Shown here: positions 21,587 to 31,255 of the stretch, piece by piece
How the letters are laid out: every line of letters starts with the position of its first letter
How positions within the stretch are numbered: position 1 is the first letter of the stretch
Source: Candidatus Marinacidobacterales bacterium
GTDB lineage: Bacteria; Acidobacteriota; Vicinamibacteria; Marinacidobacterales; DATDRI01
Reading direction: 5' to 3'
NCBI GenBank assembly: GCA_965219415.1
Contig: CBDCNP010000002.1
Location: 3,008,001 to 3,072,000, forward strand
DNA: 64,000 nt
The notes under the pieces: generated by a model
Database searches by the model: none
Told to the model about the DNA's origin: nothing
Seen by the model: the letters and a program-made list of their open reading frames with translations, nothing else
Position numbers and translations under genes: made by a program

Positions 21587-23248
21587 CTACGTCGACTCCG
21601 CGCCGTCCTCATCGTCGAGTGGTTCGAGTTCGGCGGAGAGTTCCGCGTCCTCGGCTTCAATCTCTTCGGTGAGCGCCGGGAGCTCGAGAATTCGTGCGGC
21701 CTCGCCGTCGGGCATCCGCTCGACGGTACGAAGCTTTCGCTCCATCGCGCGGCTGCGAACACCCGTCTGCTCGATCGTGCGGCTGGCGCTGTTGAGCTGG
21801 CGCCTGACTTTATCGAGAACGCCGCCGAACTTGTCGAACTCGGTTCTCACGGCGCCCAGGATTCTCCACACCTGCGCGGCGCGCTGCTCGATGGCCATGG
21901 TCTGAAAACCCATCTGCAAGCTGGTGAGGATCGCCGCCAGCGTCGTCGGTCCGGTGATCATAACGCGATAGCGTTGCTGGAGCTCACCAACGAGATCGGG
22001 CTGGCGGAGGACTTCGGCGTAAAGACCTTCAGTGGCAAGGAACATGATCCCGAAGTCGGTCGTGGCTGGTGGTTTCAAGTACTTCTCGTTGATGGCCTTC
22101 GCCGCCGCTCTGACCGTGCGCGAGAGTGCGTCTATGGCTCTAAGCGTTGCATCGGCGTCGGCCGCTTCTGCAGCATCCTGTAAGCGCAGATAGTCTTCCT
22201 GCGGGAACTTGGAGTCGATGGGAAGCCAGACACAGGAGGTTGGATCGTCCTGCGGGCCTGGCAGGCGCACGGCGTATTCGACGGTCTCGGTTGAGTCGGG
22301 TGCGGGACGAACATTCTTTTCATACTGACCCGGAGCGAGGACCTGCGCAAGAATTGCGCCGAGTTGGACTTCACCCCATGTGCCGCGCGCCTTGACGTTG
22401 CTCAGGACTCTTTTCAGGTCGCCCACGCCGCTTGCCAGGGTCTGCATTTCACCGAGGCCCTTATGGACTGATTCGAGACGCTCGCTGACCAGCTTGAAGG
22501 ATTCGCCAAGCCGCTTTTCAAGTGTGTCGTGGAGTTTCTCATCGACGGTCTTGCGCATTTCACCGAGCTTTCTTTCGTTGCCCTCCTGCAACTCCTTGAC
22601 GCGTGTATCTAGCAGATCGCGCACCTGACGCATGCCGGCGTGGTTGGAGTCGGTCATCTCCTTGAGCTGCGCTGTCATCGTGCCGAGCTTCTCATCCAGG
22701 CTTGTCCGAATCTCGGAGAGCTTCTTCTCGTTGCCTTGCTGCAGTTCCTTGACACGCGCATCAAGCAGGCCGCGCAGCTGCTCCAGCGTGGCGTGGTTTG
22801 CATCGGCCGTCTCTTTCAGCTGGGTTGTCATTGCGCCGAGCCGCTCATCGAGGCTGGCGCGGATCTCCGAGAGCTTCTTTTCGTTGCTCTCCTGGAGTGC
22901 TTTGGCCTGAGACTCGGCGGCCGCGCGGATGCGCTCGAGCGATGCCTGGCTCGAGTCGGTCAAATCCTTCAACTGCGTGGTCATGCCGGTGAGCTGGGTC
23001 TGCTGAAGAGCGCCCATGCTCTTCAGCGAGCGGACAAGCGTCTCGTCGCCGGCTTTGAGGCCGGCAACCAGTTCCTCGCGGAGCCGGGCGGCGGTCTGCT
23101 GCGCTTCCTCGCGGCCCATCCTGAGCTCGTCTCGCACCGTGCCGGCGGCACTGTCGAATGCGCGGGATTGGCGTACGAGAACCATGGCCACGAGAACTAT
23201 GGTGGCGATGATGCCGAGGAGACCCAGTACGATGAGGCCGTTGCTCAT
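21587..23248 (-). CDS. rmuC: DNA recombination protein RmuC
   Basis: N-terminal TM, coiled coil, RGTWGEVQL, LPIDSKFP, TTDFGIMFL, GPTTLAA motifs. Confidence 0.93.
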   Translation of the reverse strand: MSNGLIVLGLLGIIATIVLVAMVLVRQSRAFDSAAGTVRDELRMGREEAQQTAARLREELVAGLKAGDETLVRSLKSMGALQQTQLTGMTTQLKDLTDSSQASLERIRAAAESQAKALQESNEKKLSEIRASLDERLGAMTTQLKETADANHATLEQLRGLLDARVKELQQGNEKKLSEIRTSLDEKLGTMTAQLKEMTDSNHAGMRQVRDLLDTRVKELQEGNERKLGEMRKTVDEKLHDTLEKRLGESFKLVSERLESVHKGLGEMQTLASGVGDLKRVLSNVKARGTWGEVQLGAILAQVLAPGQYEKNVRPAPDSTETVEYAVRLPGPQDDPTSCVWLPIDSKFPQEDYLRLQDAAEAADADATLRAIDALSRTVRAAAKAINEKYLKPPATTDFGIMFLATEGLYAEVLRQPDLVGELQQRYRVMITGPTTLAAILTSLQMGFQTMAIEQRAAQVWRILGAVRTEFDKFGGVLDKVRRQLNSASRTIEQTGVRSRAMERKLRTVERMPDGEAARILELPALTEEIEAEDAELSAELEPLDDEDGAEST

Positions 23249-23306
23249 GACTCGCTCCAGATTGGCAAAAGTTGCGCGCCGTTGGGTAAAGAACGCTCAC
23301 TCGGGA

Positions 23307-23474
23307 TGTGTCCCGAGGTTCGTGGAAAAAGAACGGCGCCCTCCACTCCGCCATTAGGGTATCAGATCGGGCGGCAGCCTCCGCGTGTTCGAGAACCTCG
23401 CTCAGACGTTGGTAGCCGTCGATGTGGGAGACTAATCAAGTTCGGGGCGCGCGGATGAATAAATAGAACGCACA
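23307..23474. mobile_element. Hybrid spacer G-H
   Basis: G motif at left, H terminus ...GGATGAATAAATAGAACGCACA at right. Confidence 0.7.
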
Positions 23475-23539
23475 ACCAGCAACGGCGATAATTCACCAAA
23501 TTCCTCACGCTGGAGTCGGACCTAAGTTCGGGGGAAGGT

Positions 23540-23604
23540 CAAAGAAGCCTTTGGAAAGGTGCAAACTGCTGACCCGCTGGGCGTTCGAGTATTTTGACCA
23601 GACG
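23540..23604 (-). repeat. Family-D (IS-D left) end
   Basis: rc CGTCTGGTCAAAATACTCGAACGCCCAGCGGGTCAGCAG; also at 26005, 34135 and (degenerate) 31256. Confidence 0.75.
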
Positions 23605-23624
23605 GGTTCCGTTCTGTGTGATAG

Positions 23625-23790
23625 GGTGCTTCCGCCATCAAGTGTTGGTGAGATGACGCTAAGACTTTACAGTGCATTAAGTTACAGTCAAAATAGCGCT
23701 TGTGACCTTCGCCGCGCGCTAAATGGAGCGTAAGTGCCCCTTTTGCAAAGGGATACGTACACATCACCAACAGTAAACAGCGGAAGCACC
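23625..23790. mobile_element. MITE B2 (166 bp)
   Basis: GGTGCTTCCGC...GCGGAAGCACC. Same-length copies at 27690-27855, 40200-40365 and 62886-63051 (inverted). Confidence 0.88.
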
Positions 23791-23832
23791 CATCGGATAG
23801 AGGCGACACAGTCGAAAGCACGGAGGCAAATC

Positions 23833-24087
23833 GTGAGCGACATGACACCGGAAGAAATGCAGAAAGAACTGGAGCGCTTGCAAGCTGAGAATGAAACGCT
23901 CAAGAAGCGCAGTGAAAGAGAGCTCTCCCTCAAAGTCAGCCAGAAGGGCGGCGTCTCCGTTTACGGACTGGGCCGTTTCCCGGTGACCTTATATAAGGAG
24001 CAGTGGGAGAAACTGCTCGAGATGACAGATGACATCCGCGCCTTCATTCAAGAAAACAAAGCACAGCTCAAGACCAAGGATTCGTAA
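23833..24087 (+). CDS. Small conserved hypothetical protein (coiled coil + SLKVSQKGGVSVYGLGRFPVTLYKEQW)
   Basis: GGAGG RBS at 23822 and GTG/ATG start; the longer ORF extension lies inside MITE B2. Confidence 0.8.
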   Translation: MSDMTPEEMQKELERLQAENETLKKRSERELSLKVSQKGGVSVYGLGRFPVTLYKEQWEKLLEMTDDIRAFIQENKAQLKTKDS

Positions 24088-24256
24088 CTCGTTTTCTTGA
24101 GACCGCAGGCCGGCACCTAGGGTCGTCTCGGAGCGTCAGAGCTGGCCTTCGGCAAGTTGGTGCTCCGGAAACGCTCGCTGGCGCACGGAGGCAGCGGGGC
24201 GTAGGTGGACGCGTTGACTTGGATCGCTGGCGTAGATGGCTGCCAAGGTGGGTGGG

Positions 24257-24308
24257 CGTGAGGTCAAAATACTCATGCGGCTTCCCGACGGTAGAAACGT
24301 GGCAACCC
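24257..24308 (+). repeat. Family-E (IS-D-type right) end containing the transposase stop (...YHREAA*)
   Basis: CGTGAGGTCAAAATACTCATGCGGCTTCCCG; also at 25070, 25388, 27404 and rc at about 34190. Confidence 0.8.
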
Positions 24309-24362
24309 TCCTCTCCTTCAGTCTCCATCTTCTTTCTGCATGGCTCGTTCTTCCATGCGCTC

Positions 24363-24668
24363 TTATTCGCTGAGCACACGCACAACCGCCTCGGGGTCGC
24401 GGTCGATGACGGCTAACAAGACGCGGGCGGCGCGATCTGGAACACGGCGCCCCTGTTCCCATTCCTGCACGGCACGCGCGTCGAGGCCGAATCGGTCCGC
24501 GAACTTCTGGCGACTCAACTTCATACGCTTCCGTAGCGCACGAATATGCTCTGCGGCGGGATCGTCGACAATGCGGCGCGGCAGGTCCACTTCGCCACGC
24601 ACATGGGCAAGAACCTCGCCCAAGGCTGCCTCTACCTCCCGGCCCATCGGGGTTCGTTCCTTCGTCAT
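24363..24668 (-). CDS. HigA-like XRE HTH antitoxin
   Basis: LSRQKFADRFGL...VQEWEQGRRVPD; overlaps the toxin by 4 bp. Confidence 0.9.
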   Translation of the reverse strand: MTKERTPMGREVEAALGEVLAHVRGEVDLPRRIVDDPAAEHIRALRKRMKLSRQKFADRFGLDARAVQEWEQGRRVPDRAARVLLAVIDRDPEAVVRVLSE

Positions 24669-25018
24669 CGGATTGCCTCCTCTTTTTTGATCGCGGCCAC
24701 CAGCCGCGACAGAATTTTCCTGTCCACTGGAGTCAGGTCATCACGGTCGGCCTTCGCATAGACTGTCAGCATGTAGATTGCTTCCGGTCCCGCGTGATGG
24801 AAGTAAATCGTCCGGATTCCACCTCGCTTTCCCCGTCCCGATCCTGTCCAACGTAACTTGCGAATACCTCCCGTTCCCCGGAGCAAGGGCGCTCTGTCGG
24901 GATCGGCAACGATGGCCGCCTCCATTTTCTGGCGGTCCACTTCCGACATGAGCTTGCGAACGGCGCGCTCGTAAGTTCTGGTGGCGAAGATTCGCACAGA
25001 CCTTAAATTATGCGGCAT
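24665..25018 (-). CDS. RelE/HigB-family toxin
   Basis: GTGGIRKLRW...GKRGGIRTIY...YAK motifs. The true start may be about 24997. Confidence 0.9.
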   Translation of the reverse strand: MPHNLRSVRIFATRTYERAVRKLMSEVDRQKMEAAIVADPDRAPLLRGTGGIRKLRWTGSGRGKRGGIRTIYFHHAGPEAIYMLTVYAKADRDDLTPVDRKILSRLVAAIKKEEAIR

Positions 25019-25069
25019 TGCCGCATCGTAATCAAGAGTGGTCTCACTGACCTGCCCCCCTGAAACGGG

Positions 25070-25459
25070 CGTGAGGTCAAAATACTCATGCGGCTTCCCG
25101 ATGGTAGAAACGTAAGCAACCCGCCAAGCCGTTCACGGGAGCGCACCTGGCGCTCGGACCGAGGTAACGGGTCGCTGGCTGAGAACAGCAGCAGATTCTC
25201 CTTGCCTTGATGATTCCTCTCACGGTGATGGTAGATGACGTACTCCCTAAGCGCATGACGGAGCGACTTCTCGCCGAACAGGATGAGCTTTGAGAGACAT
25301 TCCTCTTTGAGTGAGTTTACCCAGCGCTCCGCAAACGAGTTCAAATCCGGGCTCCGTGCGGGCAGCTTGACGGGCGCGACGCCAACCCGTGAGGTCAAAA
25401 TACTCATGCGGCTTCCCGATGGTAGAAACGGAGCAACCCGCCAAGCCGTTCACGGGAGC
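25070..25459 (-). mobile_element. Two stacked IS-D-type right ends with C-terminal transposase remnants
   Basis: LPARSPDLNSFAERWV...RERLGG remnant; termini at 25070 and 25388. Confidence 0.85.
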
Positions 25460-25573
25460 TGTGCCTTCTCTTTATTCATCCGCGCGCACCGAACTCGATT
25501 AGTCTCCGGTCTGCCGGCTGTAATCCGCAAAAAAGAAGATCGCGGACCCTGGACCGACTTGTTGCGGAGCACA
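25460..25573. repeat. H end followed by a shortened J MITE
   Basis: TGTGCCTTCTCTTTATTCATCC at 25460; TGTAATCCGCAAAAAAG...GCGGAGCACA at 25519-25573. Confidence 0.75.
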
Positions 25574-25625
25574 ATCGCCTCATTTAGCAGTACTGCGGAC
25601 GGTGCTGCTGTCATACAATGACGAG

Positions 25626-25976
25626 ATGCCAAAACTAACTGTGGAAGGGTATGGCATGTTCGAGGTCGCCGAAGGGAAGCGCCTCGTGAACGCCATCGAA
25701 CACGACGCCAAGGTGGATATCATGCACGCGTGCGGCGGATTTGCACAGTGCACGACGTGTCGAGTGGAATTCATCGACGGAGAACCCCAGCGCTTCACGG
25801 CTGCTGAGAAGCAGCGACTGTCCGATCGGGGCTTGACCGGTGTCCGCTTGTCCTGTCAGATCGTCTGCGACCACGACATGAGTGTTCGAGCAGTCAGCCG
25901 ACTCGAAGGGACGGGGCGTCCAGACCCCGGTGGCACGCCGCAGGAGACGATCACTCCGCCGCCGGAGTGGACTTGA
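25626..25976 (+). CDS. 2Fe-2S ferredoxin
   Basis: HACGGFAQCTTC...RLSCQ. Confidence 0.92.
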   Translation: MPKLTVEGYGMFEVAEGKRLVNAIEHDAKVDIMHACGGFAQCTTCRVEFIDGEPQRFTAAEKQRLSDRGLTGVRLSCQIVCDHDMSVRAVSRLEGTGRPDPGGTPQETITPPPEWT

Positions 25977-25980
25977 GGGT

Positions 25981-26100
25981 CGTCGCGTCCAAAAACACAA
26001 ACGGCGTCTGGTCCAAATATTCGAACGCCCAGCGGGTCAGCAGTTTGCACCTTCCCAAAGACCCGAGGTGGTGAGTTCGTTCGTATTTTTGGACACGACG
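25981..26100. repeat. F end stub + D end + inverted F end
   Basis: CGTCGCGTCCAAAAACAC (25981), CGTCTGGTCC (26005), TTTTTGGACACGACG (ends 26100). Confidence 0.75.
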
Positions 26101-26203
26101 AGGCACAGGGCTGAGTCTTGGAACAGGACGGGGTCAATTCAGTCGGCTCTACTCAACTCAGGGGTAGAGATCCAGAGTGCACCGTAATCACTTGTACCGA
26201 ACC

Positions 26204-26328
26204 CGTCCTGTGCCAAAACTCAGCCCAGCCGGCATCGACGAAAGAACTGCGCCTCTCGAAATCAGGCTAAGACTCTAGCACGCGAACAGGTTACGCGGCG
26301 GCCGCCAACACTTGACTGCGGAAGCACC
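26204..26328. mobile_element. Hybrid MITE A-B
   Basis: A terminus joined to the right part of MITE B1; copy at 34629-34753. Confidence 0.85.
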
Positions 26329-26491
26329 CATCGGTGCATCGGTTGCGTGTCCTTCATCATCATCATAATCGGCACCCTGAGCATCAGCGGGGGAACCGTC
26401 CGGCGCAGCGGGCTTCTGGTCAGGCTCCATCGTTGTCATCCGCCTTGATTCGGCCACGGGTGCTCCGCGATAGACGGGGCGGACACGAACT

Positions 26492-26832
26492 CTATGCAGT
26501 CGGACGCGGATGCCTCGCCGCCGATAGCGTCTTCTGAACTCTCCGCAGAAAATCGGGTGATTTCAGCATTTCGCTACTAAAGTGAGGATCGGAGGGGAGC
26601 ACTAAGTCGCATACACGTCCATTCTTATCCAGTTTGTAGAATATGACAGTGGCTTGTCTATCGGGAGCCTTTCCTTCGTGAGCTTCTCCTTTTGCTTGTG
26701 CCCCCCACCTCTCGGGGAACCGCCGCGCGAGCAGCCACATCGAAGCCTCGCAGTTCGGCGGGCTAAACTTCGACACGATCTCGGCGGACTTGACCTTCCC
26801 GTCTTTCAACCGGCCGTTTAGGATTTCGCCGC
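26492..26832 (-). pseudogene. C-terminal fragment of the TerS-like tandem HTH protein (third copy)
   Basis: Homologous to 34804-35165; clipped by the H terminus at 26833. Confidence 0.8.
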
Positions 26833-26979
26833 TGTGCCTTCTATTTATTCATCCGCCAGCCCATGGGTCGGAAGTCAGCCCTGCGGCGCGAAATAGCCTG
26901 GATTCTGCGCCGATTCCAACGGCGTCTAAGCTGCTGATTTGTGGCCTATTTCAAAAGGGCCGAGTTTTGGCACAGGACG
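26833..26979. mobile_element. Hybrid MITE H-A (second internal type)
   Basis: Inverted relative to 32537-32683; partial copy at 27456-27570. Confidence 0.85.
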
Positions 26980-27072
26980 GGGTCCGGACCGAGTTGGGTT
27001 CATCGACGGGCTCTGCAGTTATCCTCCCACGACAGGTTCTGGTGTATGCTCAGCACAACCGAGAGGGTTTTC

Positions 27073-27403
27073 ATGTCGAAGCTAACAGAGCTTCTTGTGA
27101 ATGGGGCGCGTATCCGCATCGTCGCCGACCCAGACGCCAGCCTCCTGAGTGTATTGCGGGAGCAGACCGACCTCACAGGTGCCAAGTACGGGTGCGGCGA
27201 GGGGCAATGCGGTGCCTGTACGGTATTGCTCGATGATTCCCCAATCCGGTCCTGTCTTATACCGGTTCGCGCCACGGTAGGTAGACAGATCACCACCATC
27301 GAGGGCCTGGAAAACCAAGGCAAGCTTCATCCGGTACAGGAAGCCTTTCTCGAGATGGGTGCGCTGCAGTGTGGGTACTGTACGCCGGGGATGATCCTAT
27401 CCG
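27073..27403 (+). pseudogene. CoxS/IorA-like (2Fe-2S)-binding subunit, 3'-truncated
   Basis: GAKYGCGEGQCGACTV and QCGYCTPGMI motifs; the C-terminal CRC motif is lost at the E terminus (27404). Confidence 0.9.
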
Positions 27404-27855
27404 CGTGAGGTCAAAATACTTATGCGGCTTCCCGATGGTAGAAACGTAGCAACCCCGTCCTGTGCCAAAACTCGGCCCCTTTAGAAATAGACCACAAATC
27501 AGCAGCTTAGACGCCCTTGGAATCCGCGCAGAATCGAGGGTATTTCGCGCCGCAGGGCTGGCTTCTGACCTGTCCCTTCCATTTAATCCATCCGAGCGGA
27601 AATCGATAACCGTGATCGCTCGGCGTCTGGCTGGTCATTCGCCCTGTCCCCGGTAGGGTCGAGGGCTGGCGCGGTGCTCCGTAGGCGCGGGTGCTTCCGC
27701 CATTAAGTGTTGGTGAGATGACGCTAAGACTTTACGCTGCATTAAATTACAGCCAAAATAGCGCTTGCGACCTTCGCTGCGCGCCAAATGGAGCGTAAGC
27801 GCTTTTTTTGCAAAGGGATACGTACACATCACCAACAGCAAGCAGCGCAAGCACC
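27404..27855. repeat. Stack of ends: E, A, I, MITE B2
   Basis: Termini at 27404, 27456, 27571, 27690 and 27855. Confidence 0.85.
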
Positions 27856-27959
27856 CCTTTCTCAACTTGTCTGCACTCACTTCGTAGATGGCCATGGATT
27901 TCTAGAGGCATTTTAAAGCAGCCTGCTGCTAGAATGCTCGCGATGTCGAGAGGGTAAAG

Positions 27960-28328
27960 ATGAACAAGAAGCTCGTTGGGTACTGGGTGACGACCGCTTT
28001 GTTCTGCTTGGTCATGACGGCCGACGGCGTCGCGAGCCTGCTGCGTATCGAGCAGCAGCAAGCCATCATGGAAGTCCTCGGCTACCCGCCATATCTGATG
28101 ACGCTCCTCGGCATCCTCAAGCTCCTGGGAGTCGTCGCTCTTCTCGCACCTGGTTTCGCGCGTCTCAAGGAGTGGGCCTACGCTGGATTCAGTTTCGACC
28201 TCATTGGAGCCGCGTTCTCGTTTGCCGCGGCGGGAGATCCGACCCCGGCGGGCATCGCGCCTCCCTTACTCATCCTGGCCGTGGTAGCTGTGTCCTACGT
28301 CCTGCGACCCGAGTCGCGGCGGCTCTGA
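27960..28328 (+). CDS. DoxX-family membrane protein
   Basis: LGYPPY...LKEWAYAGF motif, 4 TM segments. Confidence 0.9.
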   Translation: MNKKLVGYWVTTALFCLVMTADGVASLLRIEQQQAIMEVLGYPPYLMTLLGILKLLGVVALLAPGFARLKEWAYAGFSFDLIGAAFSFAAAGDPTPAGIAPPLLILAVVAVSYVLRPESRRL

Positions 28329-28417
28329 CCACTGTCTCGGCGTTCGCTTCGACGCCGTCCAGCCGCTAGAATCTTCCCTCCACCCGATTCCGCCGATCTT
28401 CTTTTTTGCGGATCACA

Positions 28418-29462
28418 CCAGAAAAAGACAGTCCAGCGTCGTGACCGAGGCCATCGTCAACGCTGTGGCGCATCGCGACTACACGAGCCACGGCAGTGTG
28501 CAGGTGATGCTCTTCGCGGACCGGTTGGAAGTCTGGAATCCGGGCAGGTTGTCGCCGCAGCTGACACTTGAGAAGCTGCGTGTCGCGCACGGGTCGGTGC
28601 CCGGCAACCCCTTGCTGGCGGAGTCGTTGTACCTTGCCGAATACATCGAACGGATGGGCACCGGAACGCTGGACATGATCCGCCGCTGCGTCGAGACGGG
28701 CTTGCCGGAACCCGAGTTCGCCGTCACCGATGGATTCGTCACGACAGTTCGGCGGGTGCAGCGTCGCGCCGGCATTGTCACGGCGTATTGCGACCACGAA
28801 CCGGTGGCAGACGTCGACATACTGGCACTGTTTCCCAACAACACTTGGACACGCTCAACAACCGACGAACACGGAGAGGCACGTATCGAGTTGTACTCCA
28901 CCTATCTTCCGATGACGGTATTCGTGGCTGCGAAGGATTTCGCCGCACACATTGAGCACGATTGGACACCAGCGGAACGTACACTCTCCCTCGAACTGAA
29001 GGAAGTTGCCGGTGGCGGGGCCGTTATCTTCCCCGAGGCGACCGGCTACCTTCCGGGACTTAAAGGAAGACTTAATCCCATTCGGGATGCGCATGATCGA
29101 ACGTATCTCTACGCTTCCAACATCGCCATCAACGAGGGCCAACCGCAGCCGGTTCACTTCGACCTTAACGAGGATCTGCGCCTCACGGACGCAGACGAGA
29201 ACGAAATGCTTGCGCGCATCATCGATATCGTGGGCCGATCGGTACTGGTGGAATATCGTGCGACGCAGAGTCAAGCTGGGCGGCAGCCAGAGTTACAGCC
29301 AGAGTTACAGCCGGAGTTACAGTCAGAGTTACAGTCAGAGTTACAGTCAGAGTTACAGTCAGAGTTACAGCCAGAGTTACAGCCAGAGTCGCTAGAGGTG
29401 AAAGTGCTCAACCTCCTGACGGGAAGGCAGATGTCAAAGGCCGATCTGTCGAGAAACTTGGG
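28418..29462 (+). pseudogene. ATP-binding (RecG-C/HATPase_c_4-type) regulator-like protein, internal fragment clipped at both ends
   Basis: EAIVNAVAHRDY, NPG, NPLLAE, IERMGTG motifs. Bounded by the J terminus (28417) and the IS-D terminus (29463). Confidence 0.8.
29284..29391 (+). repeat. 12-bp coding tandem repeat (CAGYCAGAGTTA x9; Q[P/S]EL)
   Basis: Read directly from the sequence. Confidence 0.95.
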
Positions 29463-29542
29463 CGTTTGGTCAAGAAATTCGTCCGTCACTTCGATCGCGT
29501 GGCACGACCCGAATACGGGTTGACACGGCCGTGTTACACGAA

Positions 29543-30004
29543 TTACTCCGGCTCAACAAGGCTACGTGTGATCGCCGACCAATACAGGAATAGGCCGACG
29601 ATACTGAGACTGCCGAAAATGAACACCGCTTCAAGGCGCCCAGACAGACCCCAAAACCAGAATGAGTCCTCGGTGCCTTCCAGGTATCGGACCAGATTAT
29701 CGGCAAACGCCGCGAAGAAGAGCATCGAGCTCCAGTAGAGCGGGCCGTGATGCTGACCGAGTGGGTTGACTTCGTCCCGGGAGGGTCTTTCCCTGGCCTC
29801 AGCAAAGGACAGATAGCCAAAGCCCGTGACTATGTAAGCGATATTGAAGCCGACAAAGATCAAGATGGGTAGTGATACTCGCCACCACGACCAGTCGCTG
29901 AAAACGGCCAGCTTAAGGAGTGCCACGATCAAAGTGAGGGCGCCGAAGACAAAGAACCCGGTGGTCTGAATTTCCTTCTCGCCGGCCGTGGCTCCAGTTT
30001 TCAT
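29543..30004 (-). CDS. Hypothetical 4-TM membrane protein, passenger of IS-D
   Basis: ATG overlaps the transposase stop (ATGA); hydrophobic segments, DWSWWRV motif. Confidence 0.7.
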   Translation of the reverse strand: MKTGATAGEKEIQTTGFFVFGALTLIVALLKLAVFSDWSWWRVSLPILIFVGFNIAYIVTGFGYLSFAEARERPSRDEVNPLGQHHGPLYWSSMLFFAAFADNLVRYLEGTEDSFWFWGLSGRLEAVFIFGSLSIVGLFLYWSAITRSLVEPE

Positions 30005-31068
30005 GCCGCCTCTCGGTGGTAGTATCTCAGCAGCCCACCGAGCCTTTCCCGACAAAGGATTGGCCCTTCGCGGGGGCCGCTGCTTTCTACAGACGGAAAG
30101 AGAATGACGTTTTCCTTGCCTTGATGGTTCCTCTCTCCATGATAATGAGCGAGATAGGAAGCCAGACACCGTCTGAATGCTGGCTCGCCGAACAAGATCA
30201 GCTTCGATAGACATTCTTCCTTCACAGACTTCACCCAGCGCTCCGCGAAGGAGTTCAAATTCGGGCTTCTCGCAGGCAGTTTGACGGTCTTGATACCCAC
30301 CTCTTCGAGTGTCCGCTGAAACGACGCGCAGAATTTCGAGTCGCGATCGTGGATCAAGTAGCGGGTCGAGCAAAGAAAGCCGACATCCGCCATGGTCACA
30401 TTCCGGACCACTTGGGTCATCCACCTTTCGTCTGGATAGGGTGTGATACCGGCAATATGAACGCGTCGCGTAGCCAGGTGTATGAAGAATAAAACGTAGT
30501 AGGTGACCAGCCCGGACTTCGTCCACACCTCCGCGGTGAAGAAATCCGTTGCCGCAAGGACGTCCATGTGCGAGCGGATGAACTCGTTCCACGTCGTTGT
30601 CTTTTCTCGCTCCGGCGCGGGCGGTATACTGTGGCGCTTCAGTATGTTGCCGACGGTTTGGTCGCTCGCTCGATACCCGAGGTTCGCCATGGCCCCGGCA
30701 ATGCGATCATAGCCCCACGATCGGTTCTCTCTCGCGAAGCGGATAATCAGCTGTTCGATCTTTTCGTCGATTCGTGGTCGCCCCGGATACGTCCGGTTCT
30801 TGGAACCGTCGAACTTCCTGGCGATGAGCTTGCGGTGCCACCCGAGAATCGTATCGGGCCTGACGATACTCGCTACCTCTTCGAGCGCGCGCTTGCCGAG
30901 CTGTTTTCCGATCTCCGCCAAGGTTCTCCGCTCACCATCGGTCAGGCGCAAACGGCCTTGCAGCTGATCTCGAAGAATACGATTCTCGGTAACGAGGTAC
31001 TCGTTGCGCAGGAGCAGTTCTCGGTCGACCGATCCCGTGATGTACGCCAGCATTGTCTTCCAGTCCAT
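30001..31068 (-). CDS. rve/DDE transposase, 355 aa
   Basis: ENRSWGYDRI, TDFFTAE...HDRD...SPNLNSFAERWV, RERLGGLLRYYHREAA. Confidence 0.93.
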   Translation of the reverse strand: MDWKTMLAYITGSVDRELLLRNEYLVTENRILRDQLQGRLRLTDGERRTLAEIGKQLGKRALEEVASIVRPDTILGWHRKLIARKFDGSKNRTYPGRPRIDEKIEQLIIRFARENRSWGYDRIAGAMANLGYRASDQTVGNILKRHSIPPAPEREKTTTWNEFIRSHMDVLAATDFFTAEVWTKSGLVTYYVLFFIHLATRRVHIAGITPYPDERWMTQVVRNVTMADVGFLCSTRYLIHDRDSKFCASFQRTLEEVGIKTVKLPARSPNLNSFAERWVKSVKEECLSKLILFGEPAFRRCLASYLAHYHGERNHQGKENVILFPSVESSGPREGPILCRERLGGLLRYYHREAA

Positions 31069-31255
31069 TGTGTCTCCCCGGAGAACTAGAGTAAGTACCT
31101 GACCACGACCTGTGATTCAACCGGTCTAACAGACCGAGGCCAAGCCCTCTCAAACTGGCCTACGGGAGCGCGTTTGAGTTTATTGACCAGACGGGTACTA
31201 TCGCGACGCTTGATCCCTAACTCTTAACCTGTCCACGAAAGCGGGGTCACTTCAG

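Larger units (their letters stand above)
29463..31193 (-). mobile_element. IS-D, rve element carrying a passenger membrane-protein gene
   Basis: Termini CGTTTGGTCAAGAAATTC (29463) and rc CGTCTGGTCAATAAACTC (31193). Confidence 0.75.

Noticed and set aside
26941-27072. ORF extensions such as MAYFKRAEFWHRTG, VLCQNSALLK and the 29543-30592 and 36037-36513 extensions
   Set aside because: They are translations of element ends or overlapping frames, not real N- or C-termini.
23625-28417. Classical integron with attC sites
   Set aside because: No tyrosine integrase, no consistent RYYYAAC...GTTRRRY boundaries, and cargo on both strands.
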